The notes beneath the pieces were generated by a model. The model searched no databases and was not told the origin of the DNA. It worked only from the letters and a program-made list of their open reading frames with translations. Below, piece after piece: positions 1 to 8,987 of a stretch of 42,645 nt of DNA. The stretch is from NCBI GenBank assembly GCA_045106895.1, contig JBGCFM010000058.1, positions 1 to 42,645 of the forward strand, read 5' to 3'. The stretch is from Polyangiales bacterium. Lineage in GTDB: Bacteria; Myxococcota_A; Polyangia; Polyangiales; Houyiibacteriaceae. The translations under genes and the position numbers were made by a program. The first letter of the stretch is position 1. Every line of letters begins with the position of its first letter.

Positions 1-1
1 G

Positions 2-259
2 AGCTGCAAGACGCCGGATGGCATGTGCATTCAGTGCGTCGCCGGCGCCCCCTGCTATTCACCGACGATGGAAGCCAGCTGCCGGACGCGAGGCGAGTAC
101 TCGAGCGACAACTGCAGTCTTGAAGGCGCCATCGGGCGCTGCGTGCGCCCGGACACCGGCGTGGTCGTCTTCTATGGCGGACCACCGCGAAATCACCAGC
201 CGAACATTAGGCAGCAGCCCTGGCAGAACGGGTTCCCCGGCGTGTCCGCAGCGCTCTAG
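2..259 (+). CDS. 3' part of a Cys-rich hypothetical (probably exported) protein, likely truncated by the window start
   Basis: Frame is open from position 2 (SCKTPDGMCIQC...C...C...C...GRC...VVFYGG) to TAG at 257-259; Cys spacing resembles small disulfide-rich myxobacterial proteins. Confidence 0.5.
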   Translation, partial: SCKTPDGMCIQCVAGAPCYSPTMEASCRTRGEYSSDNCSLEGAIGRCVRPDTGVVVFYGGPPRNHQPNIRQQPWQNGFPGVSAAL

Positions 260-292
260 CGCCCGGGCCGCGCACTAGCGCGACGTCGCCGC

Positions 293-820
293 CTACTCGC
301 TTGGGCCAGTCCAGTTAGACGGGTCATTGCAAAGGTCCGAGTCGATAAAGGACCCGGCTTCCATGAGTGCTTCTTCATAGCGCGTACCCGCGCAGCGTCC
401 GACTCGGAGCGTTGCCTGTCGTGAGACCTCGGCGCTCGTAATCTGCGCTGGAATATCGACGGTCGCATCGGCGACGCAGTCCGCGATGCGTGTGGTCATC
501 TCTCGCTCGCAGTCGGCACGGTCGACGTCGGTGAAGCACTCGCGGAAGAAGAACCCGTCGCGGCAAGACACCTCGAGGTAGCCAGGAACGAAGCGAGCGG
601 TCCATTCGGCGCGCGTCATGCCCGGACGCTGAGCGGGTCGCAGCCCTTCAGCGCCCTCTTCGCTCTCCGCTTGCTCCGGCTCCGTCGAGGGGGGCGCGGC
701 ACCCGCTGGGAGTTCGGTGGCTTCCGCAGCGGCCTCCGCGGGCTCCGCCGGCGAGGTGGGAGCGGACTGTTCATCGCCGGAACACGCCGCGATGACGAGA
801 ATGAGGGGGAACCAGCGCAT
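293..820 (-). CDS. Lipoprotein with P/A/E-rich linker and Cys-rich C-terminal domain
   Basis: MRWFPLILVIAAC lipobox; low-complexity linker; C-terminal domain with 6 Cys (CRDGFFFRECF...GRCAG...LC). Confidence 0.75.
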   Translation of the reverse strand: MRWFPLILVIAACSGDEQSAPTSPAEPAEAAAEATELPAGAAPPSTEPEQAESEEGAEGLRPAQRPGMTRAEWTARFVPGYLEVSCRDGFFFRECFTDVDRADCEREMTTRIADCVADATVDIPAQITSAEVSRQATLRVGRCAGTRYEEALMEAGSFIDSDLCNDPSNWTGPSE

Positions 821-876
821 GACACGACTCTACCACCGGCCGCCCTCCCTTGGGAACATCGCCAGGGTCCGTCCGC

Positions 877-1413
877 TTACGTCGCGCGCTGAGAAGCCAT
901 CAGTGCGAGGTAGTCTTTCGTCTTCTTCACGTAGTGTGCGGCTCCTTCAAGGATCGAAGCGCGCTCTTCCTGCGTGAGGTCACGGCGCACCTTCGCGGGG
1001 CTCCCCATGACGAGGGAGCCGCTCGGGATCTTTGTTCGCGCCGTCACCAGGCTACCCGCGGCGATGAGAACGTCGTCCCCGATCTCGACTTCGTCCAGGA
1101 TGATCGCGCCCATTCCCACGAGCACGCGGTCGCCAACGGTGCATCCGTGGAGGATGACGCCGTGTCCAACGACACAATCTTCGCCAACAATCGTCGGCGC
1201 CCAACCGTCCGTCGCGTGCACGACACTTCCATCTTGAATCGAAGTGCGCGCGCCGATGCGGATAGGCATCACGTCGCCTCGAAGCGTGGAACCAAACCAG
1301 ATGCTGGCTTCGTCGGCCACGACGACATCACCGATGATGCTGGTGTTCGGTGCGATGAACGCGCTCTCGGAGAGGGAAGGCGACTTATCGCCGTAGGGAA
1401 GAACGACACTCAT
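877..1413 (-). CDS. Gamma carbonic anhydrase family protein (YrdA/PaaY-like)
   Basis: Hexapeptide repeats; LRGD, IQDGSVVH, VGHGVILHGC metal-ligand motifs; GSPAKVRR C-terminus. Confidence 0.93.
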   Translation of the reverse strand: MSVVLPYGDKSPSLSESAFIAPNTSIIGDVVVADEASIWFGSTLRGDVMPIRIGARTSIQDGSVVHATDGWAPTIVGEDCVVGHGVILHGCTVGDRVLVGMGAIILDEVEIGDDVLIAAGSLVTARTKIPSGSLVMGSPAKVRRDLTQEERASILEGAAHYVKKTKDYLALMASQRAT

Positions 1414-1847
1414 GATGATGAATTCCTAGATATCTGGTGAGCCGAATCGAGCCGCGTCATAAAACCACGGGCGACGGCGCCGGCGCTAGCGCCGAGAGCA
1501 TCGGCGACGAGGTCGAGAACTTCGGCGCTTCGCCCAGGAACGAAAGCTTGGTGGAGCTCATCGCCAAGTCCCCAAGCCGTCGCGATAAAGGCGCCGGCGG
1601 CGAGCAAACGCACGCGTGTCACCGCAGGCCAAGTGCCAAGCGCGGCGTGGGCGCAGAGGAAACCAAGGAGACCGTACTCGCAAAAGTGGACCCCTTTGTC
1701 GCGTAGCGGGAACGCCGAGGGTATCTGCACGTCCCACGCGATGGACGACGCAAAGAAGATGAGCGCCATGTACGCGATGGAAAGCGACCACAGGACCAAT
1801 CGGCGCCGCGTGGGTACCATGACTTGCGCAGGCCGAGGTCGGGTCAT
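1410..1847 (-). CDS. VanZ family membrane protein
   Basis: YMALIFFASS, DKGVHFCEYGLL, DELHQAFVPGR, DLVAD motifs; 4-nt overlaps with both neighbours. Confidence 0.9.
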   Translation of the reverse strand: MTRPRPAQVMVPTRRRLVLWSLSIAYMALIFFASSIAWDVQIPSAFPLRDKGVHFCEYGLLGFLCAHAALGTWPAVTRVRLLAAGAFIATAWGLGDELHQAFVPGRSAEVLDLVADALGASAGAVARGFMTRLDSAHQISRNSSS

Positions 1848-3265
1848 GCCGAAAGGACGTTGAGCTTCTTCCGCGCGCGCGGCTTTGGCGCGACCGGCAA
1901 AGTGACGCCCTCCATCGTGCCGAGAAGACTGTGGTTGAATGCTTCTCGCACGGTAGCGCGAACAACCTGGCCGGTCGGGTCGACGCCTTCGGGGGCCTCG
2001 ACGTGGACGATCTCGTGCCGCTCGCTGCGGCCCGTGAAGCGATTGACGCTAGCGTCGTTGGGCCCCTCGATGAGAACTTGCACCTGCTCGCCGACGAGCG
2101 CTTGCAGATGCTTCGTCTGCTGCTCTCCGACGACATCGAAGAGGCGCTGGAGGCGCTCCTTCTTGACCGCCGTCGGGACGTCGTCCCCCATCTTTTCGGC
2201 GGGTGTGCCCGGGCGCGGTGAGTACTTGAAGCAGAACGCGGCCGTGAAGTTCGCGTCGCGCACCAGCTGCAATGTGGCCTCGAAGTCCTCGTCGGTCTCG
2301 CCAGGAAAGCCGACGATGAGGTCCGTGGAGAGCGTGAGTCCCGGGCACGCTTCTTTGAGCTTGTTGACGCGCTCGATGTAGTGCGCCGCGGTGTAGCGAC
2401 GGGACATACGCTTGAGAACCGTGTCGCTGCCGCTCTGCACGGGGAGGTGAACGTGCGAAGGCAGCAGCGCGAGCTCCGCATGCGCGGCGATGAGTTCGTC
2501 GGTGAGATGACGCGGATGCGGCGAAGTGTAGCGGAGCCGCTCCAGGCCCACGGCTTCGCGATCGATGCGCCGGATGAGATCTGCGAAGGCGCTCTTGGAG
2601 GGTGCCAAGCGGCTCGCGGGCTTGTTCGCCAGGTCCGAAGGGTCATACCAGCTGTTAACGGTTTGCCCGAGGAGCGTCACTTCACGAACTCCGCCGGCGG
2701 CCATCTGGACGACCTCCGCGACGATTTCGTCAGCGGTGCGGTAGCGCTCCGGCCCACGCGTCGTGGGCACGATGCAGAACGTGCAGCGCTCGTCGCAGCC
2801 TTTCATGACGGTCACAAAGCTCGTGACCTCTGCGCCGCCCACGGGGCGTGCAACCAAGAACTGAGGGCTGTCCATGTCGAACACGGTTCGAGCGCGTGGC
2901 GGCGCGCCAGCGTCCACGTCACGGAGCAGGCCCGGAAGCTCTGGGATGTTGTCTGGACCGATGACCAAGTCGACGTAGGGCGCCTTCTTGAGGAGCGTCT
3001 CGCCTTCTTGCTGCGCCACGCAGCCCGCCACCGCGACCTTGAGCTCTGGACGCTCGGCCTTCATCGGACGCAAAGTCCCCAGAAGACTCATCAACTTGTG
3101 CTCCGCCTTTTCGCGCACCGAGCACGTGTTGATCACGATCAGCTCGGCGGTGGTCGGCTCTTCGCCGCGAACGTAGCCCGCGCCACGCAGCACTTCTTCA
3201 ATGCGGCGAGAGTCATGGACATTCATTTGGCAGCCAAAGGTCTGCACGTAGTAGGAGCGCGTCAC
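1844..3265 (-). CDS. miaB: tRNA-2-methylthio-N6-dimethylallyladenosine synthase (radical SAM methylthiotransferase)
   Basis: TFGCQMNVHDS, NTCSVREKAE, GCVAQ, CDERCTFC (CxxxCxxC), SPHP, HLPVQSGS, C-terminal TRAM domain. Confidence 0.96.
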   Translation of the reverse strand: MTRSYYVQTFGCQMNVHDSRRIEEVLRGAGYVRGEEPTTAELIVINTCSVREKAEHKLMSLLGTLRPMKAERPELKVAVAGCVAQQEGETLLKKAPYVDLVIGPDNIPELPGLLRDVDAGAPPRARTVFDMDSPQFLVARPVGGAEVTSFVTVMKGCDERCTFCIVPTTRGPERYRTADEIVAEVVQMAAGGVREVTLLGQTVNSWYDPSDLANKPASRLAPSKSAFADLIRRIDREAVGLERLRYTSPHPRHLTDELIAAHAELALLPSHVHLPVQSGSDTVLKRMSRRYTAAHYIERVNKLKEACPGLTLSTDLIVGFPGETDEDFEATLQLVRDANFTAAFCFKYSPRPGTPAEKMGDDVPTAVKKERLQRLFDVVGEQQTKHLQALVGEQVQVLIEGPNDASVNRFTGRSERHEIVHVEAPEGVDPTGQVVRATVREAFNHSLLGTMEGVTLPVAPKPRARKKLNVLSA

Positions 3266-4032
3266 GGGGGGCAGTTAGCAGTCGTGGGCTCTTCCCGCGA
3301 GACGAAATTCTCCCCGATGGCGGCGACAAACTCGTCCGATGCGGCCTTCGCCGCGGCTTCGTCGAGTCCGTCGAAGGTAACTTTTACGGAATAGAGCTCG
3401 CTGTCCCACGACAAGTAGGAGCCGACCTGGACCCCCTCGAATCGGCCCTCGAGCTCCTCCAAGAGCGCCGCGATCTCTCCTTCCCGTTGGCGCGTAAACA
3501 CCGGAAAGGAATGAAGTCTCTGGCCTTCGTCGAGCTCTGCGCGAATCAAAGGGATCTTCATACGAAAGATCTCCGGGACTCCGGGCAATACGTAGACGTT
3601 CTCGACGACGAGGGTCGGCCAGCGCATGTCCGGCGTCCGGAGGAAGCGGCAACCTTCAATGATATCCGCCATACGAAGGTGGGCATCCGTGACCGCGTAG
3701 CCCTTCTCTTCGTTGTGCTTTCGGAGCATCGCTTCGAGTTCTTCGGAGCGGACAACATTTCGACCAAACGCTTCCGCGATTCCGGCGTAGGTCACATCAT
3801 CGTGCGTGGGTCCGATGCCTCCGCTTGTGATGACGATATCGTGAGAGTCCGCCAGCTTGCGCACGTCCTCGGCGATAACGGCGACGTCGTCGACGCACAC
3901 CACGATTCGGCGCATCGAAATCCCAAGCTCGAAGAACATCTTCGCCGCGACGGCGATGTTCGCCTCTTCGACTTTACCGGTGAGCACTTCGTTGCCGATG
4001 ACGAGCATGGCGGCGGTGCGAGAGTTAGGCAC
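3262..4032 (-). CDS. COG1058 / CinA N-terminal (molybdopterin-binding-like) pyrophosphatase, no PncC domain
   Basis: IGNEVLTG, TSGGIGPTHDDVT, LPGVP motifs; start GTG 4032 or ATG 4047 rather than ORF-track 4290. Confidence 0.88.
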   Translation of the reverse strand: MPNSRTAAMLVIGNEVLTGKVEEANIAVAAKMFFELGISMRRIVVCVDDVAVIAEDVRKLADSHDIVITSGGIGPTHDDVTYAGIAEAFGRNVVRSEELEAMLRKHNEEKGYAVTDAHLRMADIIEGCRFLRTPDMRWPTLVVENVYVLPGVPEIFRMKIPLIRAELDEGQRLHSFPVFTRQREGEIAALLEELEGRFEGVQVGSYLSWDSELYSVKVTFDGLDEAAAKAASDEFVAAIGENFVSREEPTTANCPP

Positions 4033-4078
4033 GCCGGAGCATCGCATAGCTTTGCTACGGCGTGCTAGGCTCTCGCGC

Positions 4079-4828
4079 GTGATCGACACCCTAGCGAAGG
4101 CCCTTCGTGAAAGCCGACATACCGTGGTGCTAACCGGCGCCGGTGTATCGACGGAGTCTGGTATTCCGGACTTTCGCTCGGACGCTGGCATATGGGGCGA
4201 AGTCGACCCGATGGACGTCGCCTCGGCAGAAGGGTACGCCGCGGACACGGCACGCTTCTTCCGCTTCTGGTCACAGAAGTTCGGTGCCATCGCGACGGCC
4301 GCGCCGGGACCGACTCACCGCTTCTTGGCGGACTTGGAAGCCGCGAAGGGCCTCTCATGCTTGGTCACGCAGAACATCGACGGGCTGCATCAGAAGGCCG
4401 GCAGCCGTAACGTCGTGGAAGCGCACGGGAGCTTTCGAAGCGCGACGTGCCTCTCGTGCGGAGAAGTCGAGGACATCGCGACGGTGTTCGAGCGCTCCGG
4501 CGAGCGCGCGCCGCAGTGTCGAAAGTGCGGCGGGCGACGCCTCAAACCAGGCGTGGTGCTCTTCGGTGAGATGCTGCCGGCGGAGTTCGCCCAAGGGGAA
4601 AAAGCCGCCGACGAAGCCGACGTGCTTGTAGCCATGGGGAGTTCCCTCGGCGTGTACCCCGTCGCGGGTCTCGTCGCGCGGGCGATACGCGCCGGCGCGC
4701 GCACCTTCGTCGTCAACCGTGACGGCACCCCCTTCGACGACGAGGTCGAAGGCGTCGTCCGCGGCGAGCTCAAAGACATCGTGGGCGCGCTTCGTCTGCG
4801 CCTCAAGCTAACATCGGCCTCGAGCTAA
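4079..4828 (+). CDS. cobB: Sir2-family NAD-dependent protein deacylase
   Basis: TGAGVSTESGIPDFR, TQNIDGLH, EAHGS, two CxxC zinc motifs, KPGVVLFGE, GSSLGVYP; start GTG 4079 inferred. Confidence 0.93.
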   Translation: MIDTLAKALRESRHTVVLTGAGVSTESGIPDFRSDAGIWGEVDPMDVASAEGYAADTARFFRFWSQKFGAIATAAPGPTHRFLADLEAAKGLSCLVTQNIDGLHQKAGSRNVVEAHGSFRSATCLSCGEVEDIATVFERSGERAPQCRKCGGRRLKPGVVLFGEMLPAEFAQGEKAADEADVLVAMGSSLGVYPVAGLVARAIRAGARTFVVNRDGTPFDDEVEGVVRGELKDIVGALRLRLKLTSASS

Positions 4829-4851
4829 CATCGGCCTCAAGCTAACATCGG
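4801..4851. repeat. 17-bp tandem repeat x3 (CCTC[A/G]AGCTAACATCGG) across the cobB stop codon
   Basis: Units at 4801-4817, 4818-4834, 4835-4851, with a degenerate partial copy following. Confidence 0.92.
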
Positions 4852-4858
4852 CATCGAC

Positions 4859-5113
4859 CTAAAAGTCGTCGTCAAACGGCGCGTCGAAGTCCTCGGTAGC
4901 CGCCTCAACCTCCGCGTTGATCGCCGCGGCTTCTTCAGGAACCGCGATGGCCGTGGCGTTGACGGCCATGTACGCGCCAACCAGCCCGAGCACGCAGAAC
5001 CCGGCGATGGCGCCGAACTTCTTGGGGGACTCCAGCTTTCGAAAAGCCCAAATAATGCCAGCGAGGGCTACGAGCCCCAAAACGCCACCTGCACCTGCTA
5101 CTACCATCCACAT
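4859..5113 (-). CDS. Small two-TM membrane protein with acidic C-terminus
   Basis: Two hydrophobic segments; tail EDFDAPFDDDF; TATAAT 6 nt upstream of ATG 5113. Confidence 0.7.
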   Translation of the reverse strand: MWMVVAGAGGVLGLVALAGIIWAFRKLESPKKFGAIAGFCVLGLVGAYMAVNATAIAVPEEAAAINAEVEAATEDFDAPFDDDF

Positions 5114-5119
5114 GGGGGC

Positions 5120-5125
5120 ATTATA
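5120..5125 (-). promoter_or_regulatory. Consensus -10 element (TATAAT) of a probable leaderless transcript
   Basis: Minus strand GTG-TATAAT-GCCCCC-ATG; a perfect hexamer in a GC-rich background. Confidence 0.65.
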
Positions 5126-5263
5126 CACGCTTCCGCACCCATAGGTTTCCGTTTACACGGCGCGGCTCCATGGCCCGACGGGGGCGGCGATACGGGCCCG
5201 CTCAGCCTCGTGATCCGGCGCGACTTCTGTTAGACCCACAGGCGAATCTCAGAGGAGCAGAGC

Positions 5264-7198
5264 ATGCGATACGAAGTCCCGGCCCGAGTTCGCGAAAACG
5301 CACAGACCCCCATCGTGGACATGGACCGCTATCGCGACGCCCATTCTCAGGCGGCGAACGATCCGAACGGCTTCTGGCTGAACATCGCCAAGTCGCGGCT
5401 AGCCTGGAAGAACGAGCCGACCGTGGGCCTCGAGGGGAGCTTCCGCACCGTCAAAGATGCGCCGCTCTCGTGGTTCGGCGACGGCAGGCTGAACGTGACG
5501 GAGTCGTGCCTCGACCGGCACCTCGCCGAACGCGGCGACAAGGTGGCGATTCTATGGGAGGGCGACGAGCCCGGAGACACACGAAAGATCACCTACAAGG
5601 AGTTGCACGCCGAGGTGTGCAAGGCCGCAAACGCATTGAGCGAGCTCGGTCTCAAGAAGGGCGAACGCGCCATCATCTACATGGGCATGGTTCCGGAGGC
5701 AGCCATCGCGATGCTCGCCTGCGCACGAATCGGCGCGATTCACTCCGTGGTCTTTGGTGGCTTCTCCGCCGAAGCGGTCCGCGACCGTATCCGTGACTGC
5801 GGCGCCGAGATCGTCATCACCCAGGATGTCGGCCTGCGCGGCTCGCGGCATATCCCCCTCAAGCGCGTCGTCGACGAAGCCTGCGAAGGTGAAAAGAGCG
5901 TCAAGAAGGTACTCGTCTACAAGCGCACGGAGGAAGAGGTGAACTGGACCGACGGCCGCGACGTCTGGTGGCACGATGCCGTCGGCGGCGCGAGCCCGGA
6001 GCACAGCGCCGAGGCCTTCGAGGCCGAGCACCCGCTCTTCATTCTCTACACGTCCGGGTCCACCGGCCGGCCCAAAGGCGTGGTTCACACGTCTGGCGGC
6101 TACATGGCGTACGCGAGCTACTCGCACGCGACGGTATTCGACCTTCGGGAGGACGACGTCTACGCGTGCATGGCGGACGTCGGCTGGATCACTGGCCACA
6201 CCTACATCGTCTACGGGCCCCTCGCGAACGGCGCGACCTCACTGATGTTCGAGTCCGTGCCCACGTACCCCGACGCAGGTCGCTACTGGGACATGGTGGA
6301 GCGTCACAAGATCAACATCTTCTACACGGCGCCCACCGCCATCCGTGCTCTCGCCGCACAAGGCGACGAGTTCGTCACGAAGTATGACCGCTCGAGTCTT
6401 CGTGTTCTCGGCACCGTCGGCGAGCCCATCAACCCGGAGGCTTGGGTCTGGTACCACGAGGTCGTCGGCCAAGGTGGATGCAACATCGTCGACACCTGGT
6501 GGCAGACGGAAACCGGCGGCATCTCCATTAGCCCTATCGCGCCGGCAACGCCGACGAAGCCTGGCTCCGCGTCCTTTCCGATGCCTGGCATCAACGCATC
6601 GCTTCGCACGCCGGAGGGCGACGTGATTCGCGGTCCCGGTCAGGGCCTGCTCTGCCTCGACTACCCATGGCCTGGACAGGCCCGCACCGTGTGGGGGGAT
6701 CACGAGCGCTTCTTCTCGACCTACTTCTCGATGGTCGAAGGCGCGTACTTCACCGGAGACGGCTGCCGCCGCGACGAAGACGGATACTATTGGATCACCG
6801 GCCGCGTCGACGATGTCCTCAACGTCAGCGGGCACCGCATGGGCACGGCTGAGTTTGAGGCGGCGCTCATCTCCGTCGAGGAGGTCGCGGAGGCGGCCGT
6901 GGTGGGCTTCCCCCACGACATCAAAGGCCAAGGCGTGTACGCCTACGTCGTCGCTCAGGATGGCGCGAGCACCGACGACAAGGCGCTCAACGCTGCCTGC
7001 CGCGAGCAGATTGGGGCTCACGCCAAAATCGACCGAGTGCAGATGGTCCCGGGCTTGCCCAAGACACGCTCCGGGAAGGTCATGCGGCGCATCTTGCGAA
7101 AGATCGCAGAAGGGCGTGGCGACGAGCTCGGCGATGTCTCGACGTTGGCCGACCCCGCCGTGGTAGACGCGATCCGCGCCGGCGCGGTGCTGAAGTAG
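5264..7198 (+). CDS. acs: Acetate--CoA ligase (acetyl-CoA synthetase)
   Basis: YTSGSTGRPKG, DTWWQTETGG, YFTGDG, PKTRSGKVMRR (acetylatable Lys); AGGAG RBS upstream. Confidence 0.97.
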   Translation: MRYEVPARVRENAQTPIVDMDRYRDAHSQAANDPNGFWLNIAKSRLAWKNEPTVGLEGSFRTVKDAPLSWFGDGRLNVTESCLDRHLAERGDKVAILWEGDEPGDTRKITYKELHAEVCKAANALSELGLKKGERAIIYMGMVPEAAIAMLACARIGAIHSVVFGGFSAEAVRDRIRDCGAEIVITQDVGLRGSRHIPLKRVVDEACEGEKSVKKVLVYKRTEEEVNWTDGRDVWWHDAVGGASPEHSAEAFEAEHPLFILYTSGSTGRPKGVVHTSGGYMAYASYSHATVFDLREDDVYACMADVGWITGHTYIVYGPLANGATSLMFESVPTYPDAGRYWDMVERHKINIFYTAPTAIRALAAQGDEFVTKYDRSSLRVLGTVGEPINPEAWVWYHEVVGQGGCNIVDTWWQTETGGISISPIAPATPTKPGSASFPMPGINASLRTPEGDVIRGPGQGLLCLDYPWPGQARTVWGDHERFFSTYFSMVEGAYFTGDGCRRDEDGYYWITGRVDDVLNVSGHRMGTAEFEAALISVEEVAEAAVVGFPHDIKGQGVYAYVVAQDGASTDDKALNAACREQIGAHAKIDRVQMVPGLPKTRSGKVMRRILRKIAEGRGDELGDVSTLADPAVVDAIRAGAVLK

Positions 7199-7203
7199 GT
7201 CCG

Positions 7204-7767
7204 ATGACTCGCCTTGATTCACACATCGACCCGAACAAGCTCGCCGCAGAGCTCGACGCGATGACGTCCGCCACACGAAACCGTTGGGCCCTGGGGCTCG
7301 GACGCCGGCAGCAGAAGCGGCTCTTCGACGCCGTTGAAGGCCATGCGGCGCTCGACCTTCGTTTTTTGGTGCCTCCCGAGCGCGCCGCCATGAGCGAGGT
7401 AGTCCACGAAGGGCTCAATACGCTTCCGGCTTTTCGCCGATTCGCCAAGGTGTTCTGCAGACCTGAGGAGGGCGACGAACTTTGGGGATACAACCGAACG
7501 AACGGGATAACCGAGACCGTCGTGGGGCCTGGCTACTTCGTCACCCGAACCCATGGTGAAGGTGAGCTCATCGTCGACTATCTGGTCACGCCTCCGGCCT
7601 CTCCCTCTCATTGGCCCGAGATCGTTCCGAATGAGACCCGCCTCAGCCGCTTTGTCTACGCGGGCACTCAGGACATCCTTCGGCGGGTGTCGGCGCACGT
7701 CAGTATCGGGCGGGCACAGAAGAAAGGCCGCTGGCTGCCGGCCTGGTTCGTTCTTGTTCGCCAGTAG
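7204..7767 (+). CDS. Hypothetical protein, probably co-transcribed with acs
   Basis: 187-aa ORF 5 nt after the acs stop; globular-looking composition (FRRFAKVF, GPGYFV, HVSIGRA). Confidence 0.75.
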   Translation: MTRLDSHIDPNKLAAELDAMTSATRNRWALGLGRRQQKRLFDAVEGHAALDLRFLVPPERAAMSEVVHEGLNTLPAFRRFAKVFCRPEEGDELWGYNRTNGITETVVGPGYFVTRTHGEGELIVDYLVTPPASPSHWPEIVPNETRLSRFVYAGTQDILRRVSAHVSIGRAQKKGRWLPAWFVLVRQ

Positions 7768-7782
7768 CCTCGGCGCGTAGCG

Positions 7783-8958
7783 CTACCAGCCCAGCTCCGC
7801 GCGAAGGAAGGTCACGAGATCCTCGGCGAGAAGGGCCTGGGTCTCATCCCCGGGGTGAGAGTCACAGCCCCAATCTGAGAAACCATCGAGGTCGACCCAG
7901 CGCAGCTGAGCGTCCCCCGCTTCGCGGCGAATAGCCATGGCGGCGTCGATGGCGCTCCGGGCGCGCGCCATGTCTGCGTTGCCAAGGGGAGGCCCGACGG
8001 TGCATGCGATGAGGGCGTCTGGATGGAACACGCGGACCTCTTCGAGGAGCCGGACATACTCGGGGACAAACTCGTCTTCGCTCGGGTCACCGCTCGTGCT
8101 GTAGTCGTTGGTCCCGAGGTTGATGACCACGACGTCGGCGGGCCGCACGCCCCCTTCGGAGCCGGCCTCCGTGGCGATGGTTCGGTCATAGAGCGTCGGC
8201 ATGGGCTGCTCCCGGTCATCGCCAAAGTTGTGGACGACTCCCTTGCCGGACCACGCGACGGCGCTCAACTCCGCGCCAAGGGTTCGCGCCGCGATGGCCC
8301 CCCAAGTCAAGAAGTGGTTCTCCGTCTCGGCACTGAAGCTGCAGTTTCGGTCGGCGCCGTCCACCCCGTAGCCAGCGGTGATGGAGTCCCCGACGACTTC
8401 AATGAGTCGCTCGGGCGGCGAAACCGGGAGCATCTCGCCGTCTACCTCGACGCTGCTGATGCGCGTTACGCCGAAGAAACCTTCCGTACGTCGGTACAGT
8501 TCGACGACATGTTCCGCGTCCGCCAAGTCGCTGGCGAGGGTGTACGTCTGGGAGTCGCCGCTCACGGCGAGGGTCTCTTGCACCTCGCCATCCACGACCA
8601 CGGTGTAGTACTGCCCGGCGTCGTTCATTGTGACGCGCGCTGCGGTTCCTTGAAAACGCAGCACCATGCCAGTGCCGGACCAAGACATCCGCACCATCGA
8701 CGGGTCACTGGCGTCATGCCTTCCGATCCAGCGGGGTCCCGGCTCTACGACGGGCCCGCTGTCAACGGTGGACGCGTCAGCACGCGTCGCGTCGGGCGTG
8801 GCGTCTGATTCACTCGCGTCCAAGCCCGTGTCACCGCCGGGGACGTCGGCGGCGGCGCCCGAATCCGTAGTCGCAGCGTCACCCGCCGATGGAGCGGCAC
8901 CGCAGCCCACGAAGACAAGACTGTTCACTAAGAAGAGGATGACCTGTCGAGCTGCCAT
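7783..8958 (-). CDS. SGNH/GDSL hydrolase lipoprotein, carbohydrate esterase family 2-like
   Basis: FVGC lipobox; acidic linker; CE2 N-domain (WSGTG, YRRTEG); GDSITAGYG, AWSGKG, NLGTND, DSHP; start ATG 8958. Confidence 0.88.
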   Translation of the reverse strand: MAARQVILFLVNSLVFVGCGAAPSAGDAATTDSGAAADVPGGDTGLDASESDATPDATRADASTVDSGPVVEPGPRWIGRHDASDPSMVRMSWSGTGMVLRFQGTAARVTMNDAGQYYTVVVDGEVQETLAVSGDSQTYTLASDLADAEHVVELYRRTEGFFGVTRISSVEVDGEMLPVSPPERLIEVVGDSITAGYGVDGADRNCSFSAETENHFLTWGAIAARTLGAELSAVAWSGKGVVHNFGDDREQPMPTLYDRTIATEAGSEGGVRPADVVVINLGTNDYSTSGDPSEDEFVPEYVRLLEEVRVFHPDALIACTVGPPLGNADMARARSAIDAAMAIRREAGDAQLRWVDLDGFSDWGCDSHPGDETQALLAEDLVTFLRAELGW

Positions 8959-8987
8959 CCCCGAGGATAGCGCATGCTCGAGGGGGC

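Noticed and set aside
200..259. Possible decay or frameshift at the 3' end of the first ORF (a final Cys seems missing)
   Set aside because: The gene is truncated by the window and no homolog is available to establish the expected ending
4801..4851. Repeat considered as a mini CRISPR array
   Set aside because: Units are directly adjacent with no spacers, only 17 bp long, and no cas genes are present
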